Of a DNA stretch of 60,535 bases, positions 38,386 through 48,400 are shown piece after piece. The position numbers were made by a program, and so were the translations under genes. Location: sequence record MW314855.1; one strand, 5' to 3'. The DNA is from Mycobacterium phage phiGD23-1. Positions within the stretch are counted from its first letter, which is position 1; each line of letters opens with the position of its first letter. Under the pieces are notes generated by a model. It had not been told where the DNA came from and ran no database searches. It saw only the letters and a list, made by a program, of their open reading frames with translations.

Positions 38386-39381
38386 GTGAAGCTGGAACCG
38401 ACTGAAGCGCAGCGGAAAGCGATGGGTGAGGCCGCTGATGAGTGGCATGGCCGGGTGGACACCACCGATGAGTACATAGACCGGATCATCGCTGCCGCTA
38501 ACAGCATCCCCGAGGGTGCACCTGTTGGCACCATCGCACGACGACCAGACGGGGCGTTCGTAGCTGTCCGGGTCTTAGCGGAAGATCTTGAGCAGTACTG
38601 GACCTACACCTGTGTTGATCACAGCGGACCTGACGATGATTGGCCCGACCGGCACGACGCCGACTCTTGGCCTGTCATCTACGACCCGAGGGAGTACGAG
38701 GGAACCGAGTATGACCCGGAAACGGGTCTGCACTGGTTCAAGCGTGGCGAAGAACCGCTTGTGCCTCGGCCCGACCCGCACGGCACGGTGAACCTAGACG
38801 GGACACTGCCTACGTTCACGCCAGACCCAACAGCACAACAGGAACCGCCGAAGGGGCTCTACGGGAAATACCGGGTCGAGCGGGTGGATGGTAAACCAAT
38901 ACGGGCCTGCTTCGTCCTGGAATACCTGGACGACCTCCACGCCAATAAGGCGCTCTTAGAGTATGCATTCTCTGTCGAACGGGTAAATCCCGAGTTAGCC
39001 AAGGATCTTCGCACTGAGTGGGGTAAATGGCCCGGAAGGTCACAACGGGAACCGGCGCTACGCGAACGGTTTCCCGAGCAGGCATCGGCTTACGTGGCCG
39101 ACCCCGAGTTGGCTGAGGTTGACGATGAACCACTCCCATCCGGGTCACTGATCACCCCAAAGCCCCGTGAACTTCCGAGCCTGGATTGTGAAGAGGCTCG
39201 AGACGGCACGGAGTGGAAGTTCCGGCTGAATGGGGAGCCCCGAAGTCTCGTGTATCGAAACAACGGCTGGCGATACGGGGAAGTCGGCGATCGCATCGGA
39301 GGTCGATGCGGAGTGTCCGATGGGCACGCATTCATTCGGGAGTTCGCGCCCTATATCGAAGTTGTCGGTGATCCCTCATGA
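38386..39381 (+). CDS. Hypothetical protein (331 aa); C-terminal segment paralogous to 49075..49275
   Basis: Shared …KYRVERVDGKP…CFVLEY…NPELAKDLR… segment. Confidence 0.4.
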   Translation: MKLEPTEAQRKAMGEAADEWHGRVDTTDEYIDRIIAAANSIPEGAPVGTIARRPDGAFVAVRVLAEDLEQYWTYTCVDHSGPDDDWPDRHDADSWPVIYDPREYEGTEYDPETGLHWFKRGEEPLVPRPDPHGTVNLDGTLPTFTPDPTAQQEPPKGLYGKYRVERVDGKPIRACFVLEYLDDLHANKALLEYAFSVERVNPELAKDLRTEWGKWPGRSQREPALRERFPEQASAYVADPELAEVDDEPLPSGSLITPKPRELPSLDCEEARDGTEWKFRLNGEPRSLVYRNNGWRYGEVGDRIGGRCGVSDGHAFIREFAPYIEVVGDPS

Positions 39382-39502
39382 GTCGTGGTGTCCGTATGTC
39401 CGATTGGCTCGCAACCGATTACCGGCGTCTGTCTGATCCTGGTCCTGCTGTTCCTGACTGGTTTTGGGTTGATGACGAGTACGACGAGAAGGGGAACCCG
39501 CG

Positions 39503-39982
39503 GTGAGTGATAGCCGTGACGCTGTGGCGCATGTAGCGATGTATGCACTCTTGGGTAAGGCGCTTAAAGATCAAGAGAACCGGGGCCGCTCCTACCTTGT
39601 GGATTCCATGGAGGTTGGGGACGCGGTAGTTGGGCGGGCTAACGGATTGCCTGTGGGTAGGGCAGTGAAGTCGGTGCGCACTGACGCGAAAGTTGTTGAC
39701 GACAAAGCCCTACTGAAGTGGGTGAAAGCCAATCACCCGGACGAGGTGGAGACCGTCGAGCAGGTTAGGCCAGCGTTCCTAGCTCAACTCAAGAAGGCCG
39801 GCGAGCTCTCCGACGGCGATACCCCGCTCATCGTCCTGGTCGAGGGCAACCCGTACGTGACAGTCAAACCCACCGAGCACACAGAGCAGGTGATCCGGGA
39901 GTTATTGGCCCGCGGGAAGTTCTCACTCGAAGGCCCCGCCGCGTTGGATGCTGCCGTGATTGACGTGGAGGTTGAACAGTGA
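39503..39982 (+). CDS. Gp157-like protein (often found with Sak4)
   Basis: 159 aa immediately upstream of a Sak4-like ATPase; weak similarity by recall. Confidence 0.3.
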   Translation: MSDSRDAVAHVAMYALLGKALKDQENRGRSYLVDSMEVGDAVVGRANGLPVGRAVKSVRTDAKVVDDKALLKWVKANHPDEVETVEQVRPAFLAQLKKAGELSDGDTPLIVLVEGNPYVTVKPTEHTEQVIRELLARGKFSLEGPAALDAAVIDVEVEQ

Positions 39983-40869
39983 CGCTCACGTTCAAGCCAG
40001 CGACCCGGGAAGCCTCCCATGCCCGGATCGCTCTGTCGGGGCCTAGTGGCAGCGGCAAGACCTACACGGCGCTGGCCCTTGGAACCGCCTTGTCGGATCG
40101 GGTTGCGTTCGTAGACACCGAGCGGGGGAGCGCATCGAAGTACGTCGGGCTGAACGGCTGGCAGTTCGACACGGTGCAGCCCGACAGCTTCGCGCCCCTC
40201 TCGCTTGTCGAGCTGTTAGGGACCGCGGCCGGCGCCGAGTACGGCTGCGTGGTGGTGGATTCCCTCTCGCACTACTGGATGGGCGTGGACGGGATGCTCG
40301 AGCAGGCAGACCGAAGGTCTAGGAACGGCAACAGTTTTTCGGGCTGGAAGGAAGTGCGCCCCGAAGAGCGCCGCATGATTGACGCCCTGGTCGCATTCCC
40401 TGGGCATGTGGTTGTGACCATGCGCTCCAAAACGGAGTATGTGATTGAGGAGAACGAGCGCGGTAAGAAGGTTCCCCGCAAGGTCGGTATGAAACCTGAG
40501 CAGCGCGACGGAATCGAGTACGAGTTCGACCTAGTGGGGGACCTGGACCACGACAACACCTTGACAGTGGTCAAGTCCAGAATCCACACCCTCTCCAAAG
40601 CGGTGATCCCTTTCCCGGGTGAGGAGTTGGCGCAGCAGATCAGCGAATGGCTTTCTGACGGGGAGAAGGTTCCCACGGTCGCTGAGTACCGCAAGAAGGC
40701 GCTAGCCCTCAACTCCATGGATGGCCTCAAGGCGCTGTTTGAAGAGGTTGCCGGCCACCGGATGGCGACCGCGCCGACTGTGGATGCTGATGGATACCCG
40801 ACCGTATTGGGTGATCTGATCAAGTCTCATGCCATTGAGGTGAAGCGGCAGGAGGCCGCTAGTGCCTAG
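39979..40869 (+). CDS. Sak4-like RecA-family ATPase (AAA_24)
   Basis: Walker A LSGPSGSGKT; size of about 296 aa. Confidence 0.6.
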   Translation: MTLTFKPATREASHARIALSGPSGSGKTYTALALGTALSDRVAFVDTERGSASKYVGLNGWQFDTVQPDSFAPLSLVELLGTAAGAEYGCVVVDSLSHYWMGVDGMLEQADRRSRNGNSFSGWKEVRPEERRMIDALVAFPGHVVVTMRSKTEYVIEENERGKKVPRKVGMKPEQRDGIEYEFDLVGDLDHDNTLTVVKSRIHTLSKAVIPFPGEELAQQISEWLSDGEKVPTVAEYRKKALALNSMDGLKALFEEVAGHRMATAPTVDADGYPTVLGDLIKSHAIEVKRQEAASA

Positions 40870-41221
40870 GGCCGGCGAGTTCACCGCGGAAGCCAAAGAG
40901 CTGATGCTCGAGAGGTCTTTGGGTGAGTGTGAGGTGCAGTGGCCGAACGTGTGCGTGCAGACGGTGGAGTCGTATCACCATCGTCGCCCGCGGGGCAGGG
41001 GTGGTAGCCGACAGGAGTCGACGAGCCGGGTTTCCAATGGGCTGGCGATATGCCGTGGCTGCCACTCCTTCATTGAGACACGCGAGCGCGGGAAGGCTAT
41101 CGAGTTGGGGTTCATCGTGTCCCAGTGGCAGGAGCCTGCTTTTGAGCGTGTGTTTTACCGGCATGAGCGTTGGGTGTGGCTTGCCGACGATGGGTCGATT
41201 CGTGAGGAGCGTGCGGCGTGA
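40862..41221 (+). CDS. HNH endonuclease
   Basis: Cys-x2-Cys and HH motif (…VESYHHRRPRG…CRGCHSF…). Confidence 0.6.
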   Translation: MPRAGEFTAEAKELMLERSLGECEVQWPNVCVQTVESYHHRRPRGRGGSRQESTSRVSNGLAICRGCHSFIETRERGKAIELGFIVSQWQEPAFERVFYRHERWVWLADDGSIREERAA

Positions 41222-41634
41222 GGGCAACGTTTGATCCGCTGAATGTGGATGCTGCGCTTCAGGGTTATCCGGTGTCGTTGTCGAAACCGGATCGTGTGGT
41301 GGCGGCGAAAGCCCTGACCGCTCAGGGGTTGTCCGGGACAGAGGTAGCGCGTCGGCTGAATGTGACTGACCGCCAGATCGAGCGGTATAAGGCTGAGCCG
41401 ATGCCTGAACCTGAAGGGCCTCCAGAGGTGGATTACGAGTTCTGCGGCAACGAAAACGTTTTGGTTCGTAAAGCCACCGAGTTGATCCGGTCTCTGCGAA
41501 CCAAGGATCACTTGGAGGTGTTGGGGGATTGTGTGGACTTCTGTGCCTGGCATCCGGGTGTAGCGGCACAGGTTATGTGTGCGTTGGCGTTGTGGGCTGA
41601 TTCGGGGGAGTGGGCGTTGGGGAGGTCGGCGTGA
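41218..41634 (+). CDS. HTH DNA-binding protein
   Basis: …GLSGTEVARRLNVTDRQIERYK… HTH. Confidence 0.4.
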   Translation: MRATFDPLNVDAALQGYPVSLSKPDRVVAAKALTAQGLSGTEVARRLNVTDRQIERYKAEPMPEPEGPPEVDYEFCGNENVLVRKATELIRSLRTKDHLEVLGDCVDFCAWHPGVAAQVMCALALWADSGEWALGRSA

Positions 41635-41773
41635 CTGTTTGGCCTACCTACCACTTCTGCCGTTGTGGTCATCAGAGATACCAGCATAACGGTCAATCAG
41701 CTGAGTGTTACGGGGCTTTGGATGACGGTGTGACCCTTTGTGATTGCGGAGGGTTTGTTGAAGACAAGAAGGA

Positions 41774-42040
41774 ATGCGCATGAGCGAGCCTAAGAACGCC
41801 AATGAGATCATCACGCAAGCCGCGATCAGATGGTACGGCCCCGCCTTCACCCTTGGCAGCGCCGGATTTGGTGGCTTCATCCTTGAAGAACTGAAGGCCA
41901 ACGGATACGCAGTAGTAGAACTACCGAGATCCCTGCCGGTAACACCGGAGGTGCAATCCGGGTGTGAGCACACATGCCTTATTGGGTCTGATCTTCTCGC
42001 CGCTGCTGCTGCGGCTGCACGTGATTCGGAGGAGCGATGA
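41774..42040 (+). CDS. Hypothetical protein
   Basis: ORF. Confidence 0.35.
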   Translation: MRMSEPKNANEIITQAAIRWYGPAFTLGSAGFGGFILEELKANGYAVVELPRSLPVTPEVQSGCEHTCLIGSDLLAAAAAAARDSEER

Positions 42041-43140
42041 GCGACCTGCGGGAAGGGCTACTTTTTCCCAACCTCCTAACCCGTTCTGAACGTCGTGAAT
42101 TGGATCGCGAACCAGAGCCCAGATTCCTGTATCAGAGCATGGGCGCGGGGTGGCAGTCGACGGCTATAGCGCTCTTAGCGGCGCAGGGGGTCATTGAGAA
42201 GCCCCGGTTTGCGGTATTCGCCGATACCGGCTGGGAGCCACCGGAGGTATACGCGCATCTCGCTCGTCTAGATGAGGAGGTGTTGGCGCCGGCTGGGATA
42301 GCCCTGGTGCGCGTTCGGGCAGGGAGTATCTACGACGAGGCTTTGGACCCCCACTTTCCAAGATCCCTGCCGTTGTACACGAGGGACCCAAAGACTGGCG
42401 AGCCAGGCGGTATTACCAGCCGGGCCTGCACAACCAACTTCAAGATGATCGCCATCTATCGGTGGTTGCGTGAGCAGTTGGGAGCCAAGGTAAGCGAGGG
42501 GTCCTGCACTTTCTGTAGCGGCGAGGGGCAGCGCAATGCCCCCTGGTTGGTGAAGTATGGACACGAAAAACCCTGGGGTATCTGCTCGGTCTGCCGGGGG
42601 ACTGGCACTGTCCGGAAGGTTGGCGCGCCACCACAAGGGGTGTGGGCGCGCAGCTACGTGGGCTTCTCTGCTGATGAGATGGGCCGGATATCGCCGTCGC
42701 GCGTGTCCTACGCCTTCGACACTTTCCCTTTGGTTGGCAGGGATCAAAACGGCGAGGTTGTGCCGCCTGATCTTTCAATGTCTCGGCACGACTGCGGTGA
42801 GTACAACACGCGTCACGGATTCCCTGAGGTGATGAAGTCGGCGTGTATCGGCTGTCCGTGGCATTCGGACGCTGAGTGGATCCGCATCAAACAAGATGAG
42901 CGGCAGTGGCAGCAGGTTGTTGATCTGGACCGCAGTATCCGAAACACCCCCGGTTTAGACAACGAAGCCTTTCTCCATAAGAGCCGCATTCCTATTGAGG
43001 ATGTGACTTTCGAGTCGGCGGATGACGTTGAGCGTCCCAGCTGCTCTCCGTACGGATGCCGTAGCGGGCTGGATACCGATTCCGTGGCACCGCCCTCGCT
43101 TTTCGATGACGACTGGATCGATCTAGAGGAGACCGCATGA
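42037..43140 (+). CDS. Phosphoadenosine phosphosulfate (PAPS) reductase-like PP-loop ATP pyrophosphatase
   Basis: N-terminal PP-loop-like segment …YQSMGAGWQSTAIALL…; size 367 aa. Confidence 0.5.
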   Translation: MSDLREGLLFPNLLTRSERRELDREPEPRFLYQSMGAGWQSTAIALLAAQGVIEKPRFAVFADTGWEPPEVYAHLARLDEEVLAPAGIALVRVRAGSIYDEALDPHFPRSLPLYTRDPKTGEPGGITSRACTTNFKMIAIYRWLREQLGAKVSEGSCTFCSGEGQRNAPWLVKYGHEKPWGICSVCRGTGTVRKVGAPPQGVWARSYVGFSADEMGRISPSRVSYAFDTFPLVGRDQNGEVVPPDLSMSRHDCGEYNTRHGFPEVMKSACIGCPWHSDAEWIRIKQDERQWQQVVDLDRSIRNTPGLDNEAFLHKSRIPIEDVTFESADDVERPSCSPYGCRSGLDTDSVAPPSLFDDDWIDLEETA

Positions 43141-43425
43141 CCGACCTTTGTTCCTGCGGCCACGATCTCGATGAGCATCAACGTCACTACGGCACTTGTA
43201 AAGCCACTATCCCTGGTTCTTTTGAGCCTCTTTACCGGTACTGCCCTTGTGGGGGATTTGATAGGAGTGACGATGAGTGACGAGCGTCTGGATTCCTTGG
43301 CGAAAGAACTCTGCGAGAAGCGTTCTGTGTCCGCGCCGCTGCGATGGGATTCGCTCACATCTGACCAGAAAGACACATGGCGGCGGATGGCTGCGCAGCG
43401 CCTCAACGACCAGGAGGCGGTGTAG

Positions 43426-44361
43426 ATGGGCTGGATACGCGTCTCTGATGACTTCTACGACAACGACAAGTTCAGTGAAGTCGGACCACTGGGGGTGGCG
43501 CTGCACTTCGCGGCGATGGGTTTCTGTAACCGGAACCTAACGGACGGATTCTTCAAAAAGAACAAGGCTCGACTTTTCCTTGACTTCGACGGCATCGGTA
43601 TCACCACTAGTCAATCGGATTGCTTCGGTGTTGGCGTCGACGGTGATGACGCGGTGAAGTTGGTCATCGAATGGATGATGGCATCAGAGCTTTGGCACGA
43701 GTGTGGCCATGGGTGCGAGGAATGTCATTCCCGCGAAGACGGCGGCGAACCTGGCGGCGATGAGTACCTGATCCACGACTACCTGAAGTTCCAGTTTTCG
43801 CGTCAGGAAATCGAGGAGAAGGCCGAGAAAGCTAGGGCGCGCAAGGAGGCCTGGAAGGCTAGGCAGGCGGTAGAACGTAGTTCGGAACAGCGTTCGGAAC
43901 GGGGGAAGAACGGCGTTCGGAACGCTGCAGGAACGCTGGCGGAACACGACAACCCAACCCCAACCCCAACCCCAACCCCAACCCCAACGAAAGATTCATT
44001 CTTCGTTCCTCAGAATGAATCTTTAGGGGGGTCACCAAAACCGGGAACCTCACCAGAGCCCGAGTCGGCGTCAGCCCCGCGCTGCGCGCGCCACCCCTAC
44101 GGAAATCCCGAAGACGAAAACTGCCGGGGCTGCAAGCGAGTCAAAGACGCCGAGAAGGCACAGGAACTCCAGGCCGAAATCGCAGAGAAGGCGGCACGCA
44201 CAGCAGCAGCCGAGCGGCGACGCAACTGCAAGCTCTGCGGCGGCAGCGGATGGATCGACCTCCCTGACGATTCCGGCGTCATCGACTGCGAATGCAAGAC
44301 GCCCATCCCAAATCTCCAGCTTGTCCATGACGCCACAAACCAAAGGAGGTCGGCATCGTGA
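43426..44361 (+). CDS. Putative replication initiator / DNA-binding protein with (PT)n linker and C-terminal Cys4 zinc ribbon; contains internal iteron-like repeats
   Basis: Direct repeats GTTCGGAAC x3 and GGAACGCTG x2 plus an (AACCCC)5 repeat within the coding sequence; CKLCGGSG…CECK zinc ribbon. Confidence 0.3.
   Translation: MGWIRVSDDFYDNDKFSEVGPLGVALHFAAMGFCNRNLTDGFFKKNKARLFLDFDGIGITTSQSDCFGVGVDGDDAVKLVIEWMMASELWHECGHGCEECHSREDGGEPGGDEYLIHDYLKFQFSRQEIEEKAEKARARKEAWKARQAVERSSEQRSERGKNGVRNAAGTLAEHDNPTPTPTPTPTPTKDSFFVPQNESLGGSPKPGTSPEPESASAPRCARHPYGNPEDENCRGCKRVKDAEKAQELQAEIAEKAARTAAAERRRNCKLCGGSGWIDLPDDSGVIDCECKTPIPNLQLVHDATNQRRSAS
43880..43985 (+). repeat. Iteron-like direct repeats (GTTCGGAAC at 43880, 43892, 43915; GGAAC at roughly 11-12-bp spacing) followed by an (AACCCC)5-6 hexanucleotide repeat at 43951-43985
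   Basis: Read directly from the sequence. Confidence 0.6.
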
Positions 44362-44645
44362 CTACCCAAGCCATAACAGACATCAAAGAACTCGTAGGAG
44401 AAATGCCAGCGAGGGGATGTGAGTGGCCCAGCCACGCGTGTGATTCGCAGGCGCACTGGATCGCTCGCTGTCATTGCATGCGCGGATGGGTCTGCGTGTC
44501 GCTCGTGCTGGAGTTATGCGACCGCCACAAAGATGAAGCCCTGTCTATTGCGACGGAGGCCGTCACCGAACGTCGTTTCTGCTACAGCTGCGGCGTCGCG
44601 GCATTGAGCTCGTCTGACGTGGTCGGTCCGGTGATGCCGCTATGA
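44358..44645 (+). CDS. Hypothetical Cys-rich protein
   Basis: ORF. Confidence 0.3.
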   Translation: MTTQAITDIKELVGEMPARGCEWPSHACDSQAHWIARCHCMRGWVCVSLVLELCDRHKDEALSIATEAVTERRFCYSCGVAALSSSDVVGPVMPL

Positions 44646-44986
44646 CCGCCTGGTTTAAACGCACACAGCCCAAACCCCAACCAGTGGTGTCACTACAACC
44701 CCGAACCGGTGAAGAGACCCCTACGGCGTTCCTAGCCCGATTAAAGATCGAATGCACACCCCCATGCGAAGACTGCTACAGGCCCGCGGACTTCATGGTC
44801 ACCATCCACCTCGTAGACCACTGCGACAGACCAGCCGTTGAAGTGTTCATCTGTGCTGCGCATGTATCCACGATCGGGAACTGGGTACAAGCCTCGATAG
44901 AGACAAGACGCAGAGGACGCTGCACCTGCTGCGGGCATGAAGTAACAGCACCACACGACCTCATAGAAGACGTGGTGAAGCTATGA
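44642..44986 (+). CDS. Hypothetical Cys-rich protein
   Basis: ORF. Confidence 0.3.
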   Translation: MTAWFKRTQPKPQPVVSLQPRTGEETPTAFLARLKIECTPPCEDCYRPADFMVTIHLVDHCDRPAVEVFICAAHVSTIGNWVQASIETRRRGRCTCCGHEVTAPHDLIEDVVKL

Positions 44987-45297
44987 GCGATCACGTCGGG
45001 CGCGGTGGTGGCGGCCGGAACAAGTGGTGGAAGATTCGGAAGCTGGGAACCGGGTGGGAAATATGGCAATTCGAGACTGGAACATCCCGAATTCTCATGA
45101 TATGCCAAGGGATCTACCCCTCTGGTGCTGAGGCTATAGCAGCATTCGCGGCAGGTGGAAGATGAGCGACCCATCCGAATCCGCAGTGATAAAGCTCATG
45201 GGGTACGCCCACGGCTTCATGAACCCCGAGTACATCCACCTGACGAGGGAAGAGGCGCAGGTGATTTTGCAGGCGCTGGAAAGGTTGGCTGATCTAA

Positions 45298-45603
45298 GTG
45301 TCTGATCCTGCAATCGAAGCCGCACGCAAGGTATTCACCGAGTACTGGCCGGATCAAGGCGACTTTGAGTTCAACTACAGCAACGAGGGCCGCTTCGGTA
45401 TCGAGGTCGCCCGTGAGATGGCTAAGTCGGTACAGGAACAACTGGCCGTCATCCGTGAACGCTACGAATTGGTACGTACGTGGATGCTCGCAGCTGAGAC
45501 ATCAGCGGAACTATCCCGGCACTCAAGCGAAATGGCTGGTCTCAAGTACGCATACGACCTGATAGCACCCACGGTTTACCCAAGTGAGGAACTAGAGCGA
45601 TGA
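45298..45603 (+). CDS. Hypothetical protein
   Basis: ORF. Confidence 0.3.
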   Translation: MSDPAIEAARKVFTEYWPDQGDFEFNYSNEGRFGIEVAREMAKSVQEQLAVIRERYELVRTWMLAAETSAELSRHSSEMAGLKYAYDLIAPTVYPSEELER

Positions 45604-45896
45604 GTGAGCTTGTAGACCGCGCTAAAGCATCCCTAGAAGGCGTAACCGGAGGACCGTGGGAGACCCGTCCTGGTGCTACCGGTGATCCGACGACGACAAG
45701 TGCATCGGTACATTCCGGCCACCGTTCAATTCTCGTGTCTAGTGACGGCTACCACTACGGATATGCCGACAAGGCGGATGCCCGATTCATCGCCGCTGCA
45801 AGGCAGTTGGTTCCTGAACTCATCGCGGAAGTAGAGCGGCTGGAGGAACGTATCGCTGAGCAGGACCAAGAGCTTAGGTACTGGAGTAACCGATGA
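45600..45896 (+). CDS. Hypothetical protein
   Basis: ORF. Confidence 0.3.
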   Translation: MSELVDRAKASLEGVTGGPWETRPGATGDPTTTSASVHSGHRSILVSSDGYHYGYADKADARFIAAARQLVPELIAEVERLEERIAEQDQELRYWSNR

Positions 45897-46210
45897 GTGA
45901 CGAACCTTCGGACGCACAGAAGCTCATAGCGGAAGTGATAGCCACGCACCGCGCTTTATTCGATGGAGAGGCTTGCGACGCCTGCGACTGGAAGTTCACC
46001 AATGAGTATTACGGGCACGACGAACACGTTGCCGTAGAGGTGGATAAAGCCCTTGGAGGACTCACGCGGAAGCGGCGGATTGACTATCAATGGCGCGAGA
46101 CGGGCGAGGTGCATCACGACCGATTCTTTGAAGGGAAGCCCGTCCCCAAGACGCGGCTGCACTATGTGCAGCAGTCCCGTTGGGCGTCTGGCTGGACGGT
46201 GACCGAATGA
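45893..46210 (+). CDS. Hypothetical protein
   Basis: ORF. Confidence 0.3.
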   Translation: MSDEPSDAQKLIAEVIATHRALFDGEACDACDWKFTNEYYGHDEHVAVEVDKALGGLTRKRRIDYQWRETGEVHHDRFFEGKPVPKTRLHYVQQSRWASGWTVTE

Positions 46211-46490
46211 GCTACATCGACATGTTCGGAATCGAGTATGGCGGCTGCGGTGACTGTGATTGTGATCATGGTTGTCAGGGCGTTGGCTCCGACGATGAGG
46301 CCAAGTTCTACCCCGAGGCTTCCGATGACTGACTACCAAGACACCGGTAGCCGACGGAAACCTACGGCATACACCGAAACGGGGGCCGCTGAGCGGGTGT
46401 GCCCGGACTGTAGTGCCCCAGAAGGACATCCCTGTAGATGGATAGCCATGGATGGGCAGGGGGATTTAGGGAAACCAAGGCATTGGCCGC

Positions 46491-46832
46491 ATGAGACACG
46501 TTGGAGGAAATGAAATGCGTGACGATATTCACCCTGGACCGCGCATCATCTCCGGTAAAGCGGAACTACCCTGCCTGAAACCGGAGCCCTGGATGATCCA
46601 GGCGTCCTGCGCCACCGCAGACCCGGACGCGTTTTTCCCCCATAAGCGTGGCGACGGTGATAGCGAGTCGATCACCGTGCAGTACCAATACGCCAAGAAG
46701 ATATGCCGCTCATGCCCAGTCAGGGTTGAGTGTTTGACCTACGCGATCGTCAACGACGAACGCGACGGGATCTACGGCGGCTTAGGCCCTCGTGAGCGCG
46801 CGAAGATCATGCGTAACAGGGAGGCAAGCTGA
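46491..46832 (+). CDS. whiB: WhiB-family transcription factor
   Basis: Four conserved Cys (C…C…CxxC) and GIYGG-like turn (DGIYGG). Confidence 0.7.
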   Translation: MRHVGGNEMRDDIHPGPRIISGKAELPCLKPEPWMIQASCATADPDAFFPHKRGDGDSESITVQYQYAKKICRSCPVRVECLTYAIVNDERDGIYGGLGPRERAKIMRNREAS

Positions 46833-47146
46833 TGCCGCACTCAAGCCCTACCGACTGGATAGCCGGTGGAAGTGTCGCCGCAGACATCGTTGGATGCCTC
46901 ACCGGTCTGGTCGCGGACCTGTCCTGGCAGGATAAAGCGGCGTGCCGTGGACTCCCTACGGAGTGGTGGTTCCCGGACCAAGGCGGCAGCCGGGAATGTA
47001 AGCGGGCCAAGGAAATCTGCCACGGCTGCCCAGTCAAACTCCAATGCCTCCAATTCGCGATAGAGGTACACGACCAGCACGGAATTTACGGGGAGCTGTC
47101 ATTGAAGGACAGGCGCAGGTGGAACCAGGAAAGGAAAGCGGGCTAG
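46832..47146 (+). CDS. whiB: WhiB-family transcription factor (second paralog)
   Basis: C…CxxCP…C pattern and HGIYGE. Confidence 0.7.
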   Translation: MPHSSPTDWIAGGSVAADIVGCLTGLVADLSWQDKAACRGLPTEWWFPDQGGSRECKRAKEICHGCPVKLQCLQFAIEVHDQHGIYGELSLKDRRRWNQERKAG

Positions 47147-47187
47147 ACACCGCGAATGTCAGTGTATCGGAGGATAATTGAGGTATG
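47144..47187 (+). promoter_or_regulatory. SAS-like 44-nt element G: TAGACACCGCGAATGTCAGTGTATCGGAGGATAATTGAGGTATG
   Basis: TAG is the stop of the second whiB; ATG is the start of 47185..47616. Confidence 0.7.
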
Positions 47188-47616
47188 GGAATGACTGATT
47201 TACAGAACGTCCACGAGCGCATTGCGGGCAAGCGTATAGCCTCCGTCGAGGCCGACGGTACGAGGCTGGTGCTAAACGATGGCACTGTGCTGCATCTCTA
47301 CATGTCAGACAGTGACTGTTGTGCTTCCGCCGATGGGAAGTGGGTAATCCAGCCGGACGCGCTGGAGGCGATTATTACCGGCGTTCAGGTTACACCAGAC
47401 GCGGATCGGAGCGGTTATGACGGTGACGGAAATACCAACTACGCCACCATCTCAATTCTGCACAACCAGAACCCCATTGCCCTTGCAGACTGCTATGCCA
47501 ATGACGGTAATGGGGGCTACTACTTCTCCGTGCTATCCCTCCGTGTTGTCATGCCCGGTGACGAAGATGACGTCAAGGTGGAAGTCCTGAACTCTGACTC
47601 CTCGTCCAGCGATTGA
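47185..47616 (+). CDS. Hypothetical protein
   Basis: ORF following the SAS-like element. Confidence 0.4.
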   Translation: MGMTDLQNVHERIAGKRIASVEADGTRLVLNDGTVLHLYMSDSDCCASADGKWVIQPDALEAIITGVQVTPDADRSGYDGDGNTNYATISILHNQNPIALADCYANDGNGGYYFSVLSLRVVMPGDEDDVKVEVLNSDSSSSD

Positions 47617-47630
47617 GGAGGTAGTGAGAG

Positions 47631-47924
47631 TTGAGTGCTGAACCGCTGCAATGGGACCACAACCCAGATATTCGCGTCCCAAAGAATGGGTGCCGCGCCG
47701 AAGTTGACGGCGGTGCTTACATTCTGTTCAAGTACGGCGCTAGTTCGTGGCAGGTGCTTTTCAGCACTGGGTGGCATATACCCGATGAGGTCTATCTCGG
47801 CGACAGCGAATCAGACGCACTAGCCGCAGCAGAAGCTCACCATATCGCCATTAGGCAGAGAACGATCTACCGTCGAACGGGCAGGAGTGACGATGCCGCA
47901 GCGGATTCAGCGGAAGCGCACTAG
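47631..47924 (+). CDS. Hypothetical protein (TTG start)
   Basis: ORF. Confidence 0.3.
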   Translation: MSAEPLQWDHNPDIRVPKNGCRAEVDGGAYILFKYGASSWQVLFSTGWHIPDEVYLGDSESDALAAAEAHHIAIRQRTIYRRTGRSDDAAADSAEAH

Positions 47925-48261
47925 GGGTTGGCGAATGCCCGAGGGTGCTATCTACGTCGGGCGACCGAGCCAATGGGGCAACCCGTTTCGACCTGTTCTC
48001 GTCGGTGGCGAGTGGCTCATAGAGGATGACAACGGCGTCCAGTACGACGGGTTCGGGAGCAAGGTAAGCGCTATCGGTCGGTGCGTTGCGCTCTACCGGT
48101 CGCTCGATATGACGTTCATGACAGACGCAGACCTAGACGAGTTCGTCGCGCCGCTACGGGGCCACGATCTCGCCTGCTGGTGCTCTCTCGATTCCCCTTG
48201 TCATGCAGACGTGCTGCTTGAACTCGCTAACGATCCACCGTCGAACGGAGAAGCTTTGTGA
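47887..48261 (+). CDS. DUF4326 domain protein
   Basis: WGNPF…LACWCSLDSPCHADVLLELAN signature. Confidence 0.55.
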   Translation: MTMPQRIQRKRTRGWRMPEGAIYVGRPSQWGNPFRPVLVGGEWLIEDDNGVQYDGFGSKVSAIGRCVALYRSLDMTFMTDADLDEFVAPLRGHDLACWCSLDSPCHADVLLELANDPPSNGEAL

Positions 48262-48400
48262 GCGAACTACGTAGAGCACTGTTGGTAGCCAAAGCGGAAG
48301 CGGCACTTATCCCCACCGGCCGACGGGCTGAGCTCGACCGCAGATTCACTGCGGCCCAGAAGGCGGCACAGGCTCACGCCACGTACAGGAGGTCCGCTTA

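Noticed and set aside
43951-43985. CRISPR array or satellite
   Set aside because: It is a simple (AACCCC)n hexanucleotide repeat inside a coding sequence, translating to (PT)n, with no spacer structure.
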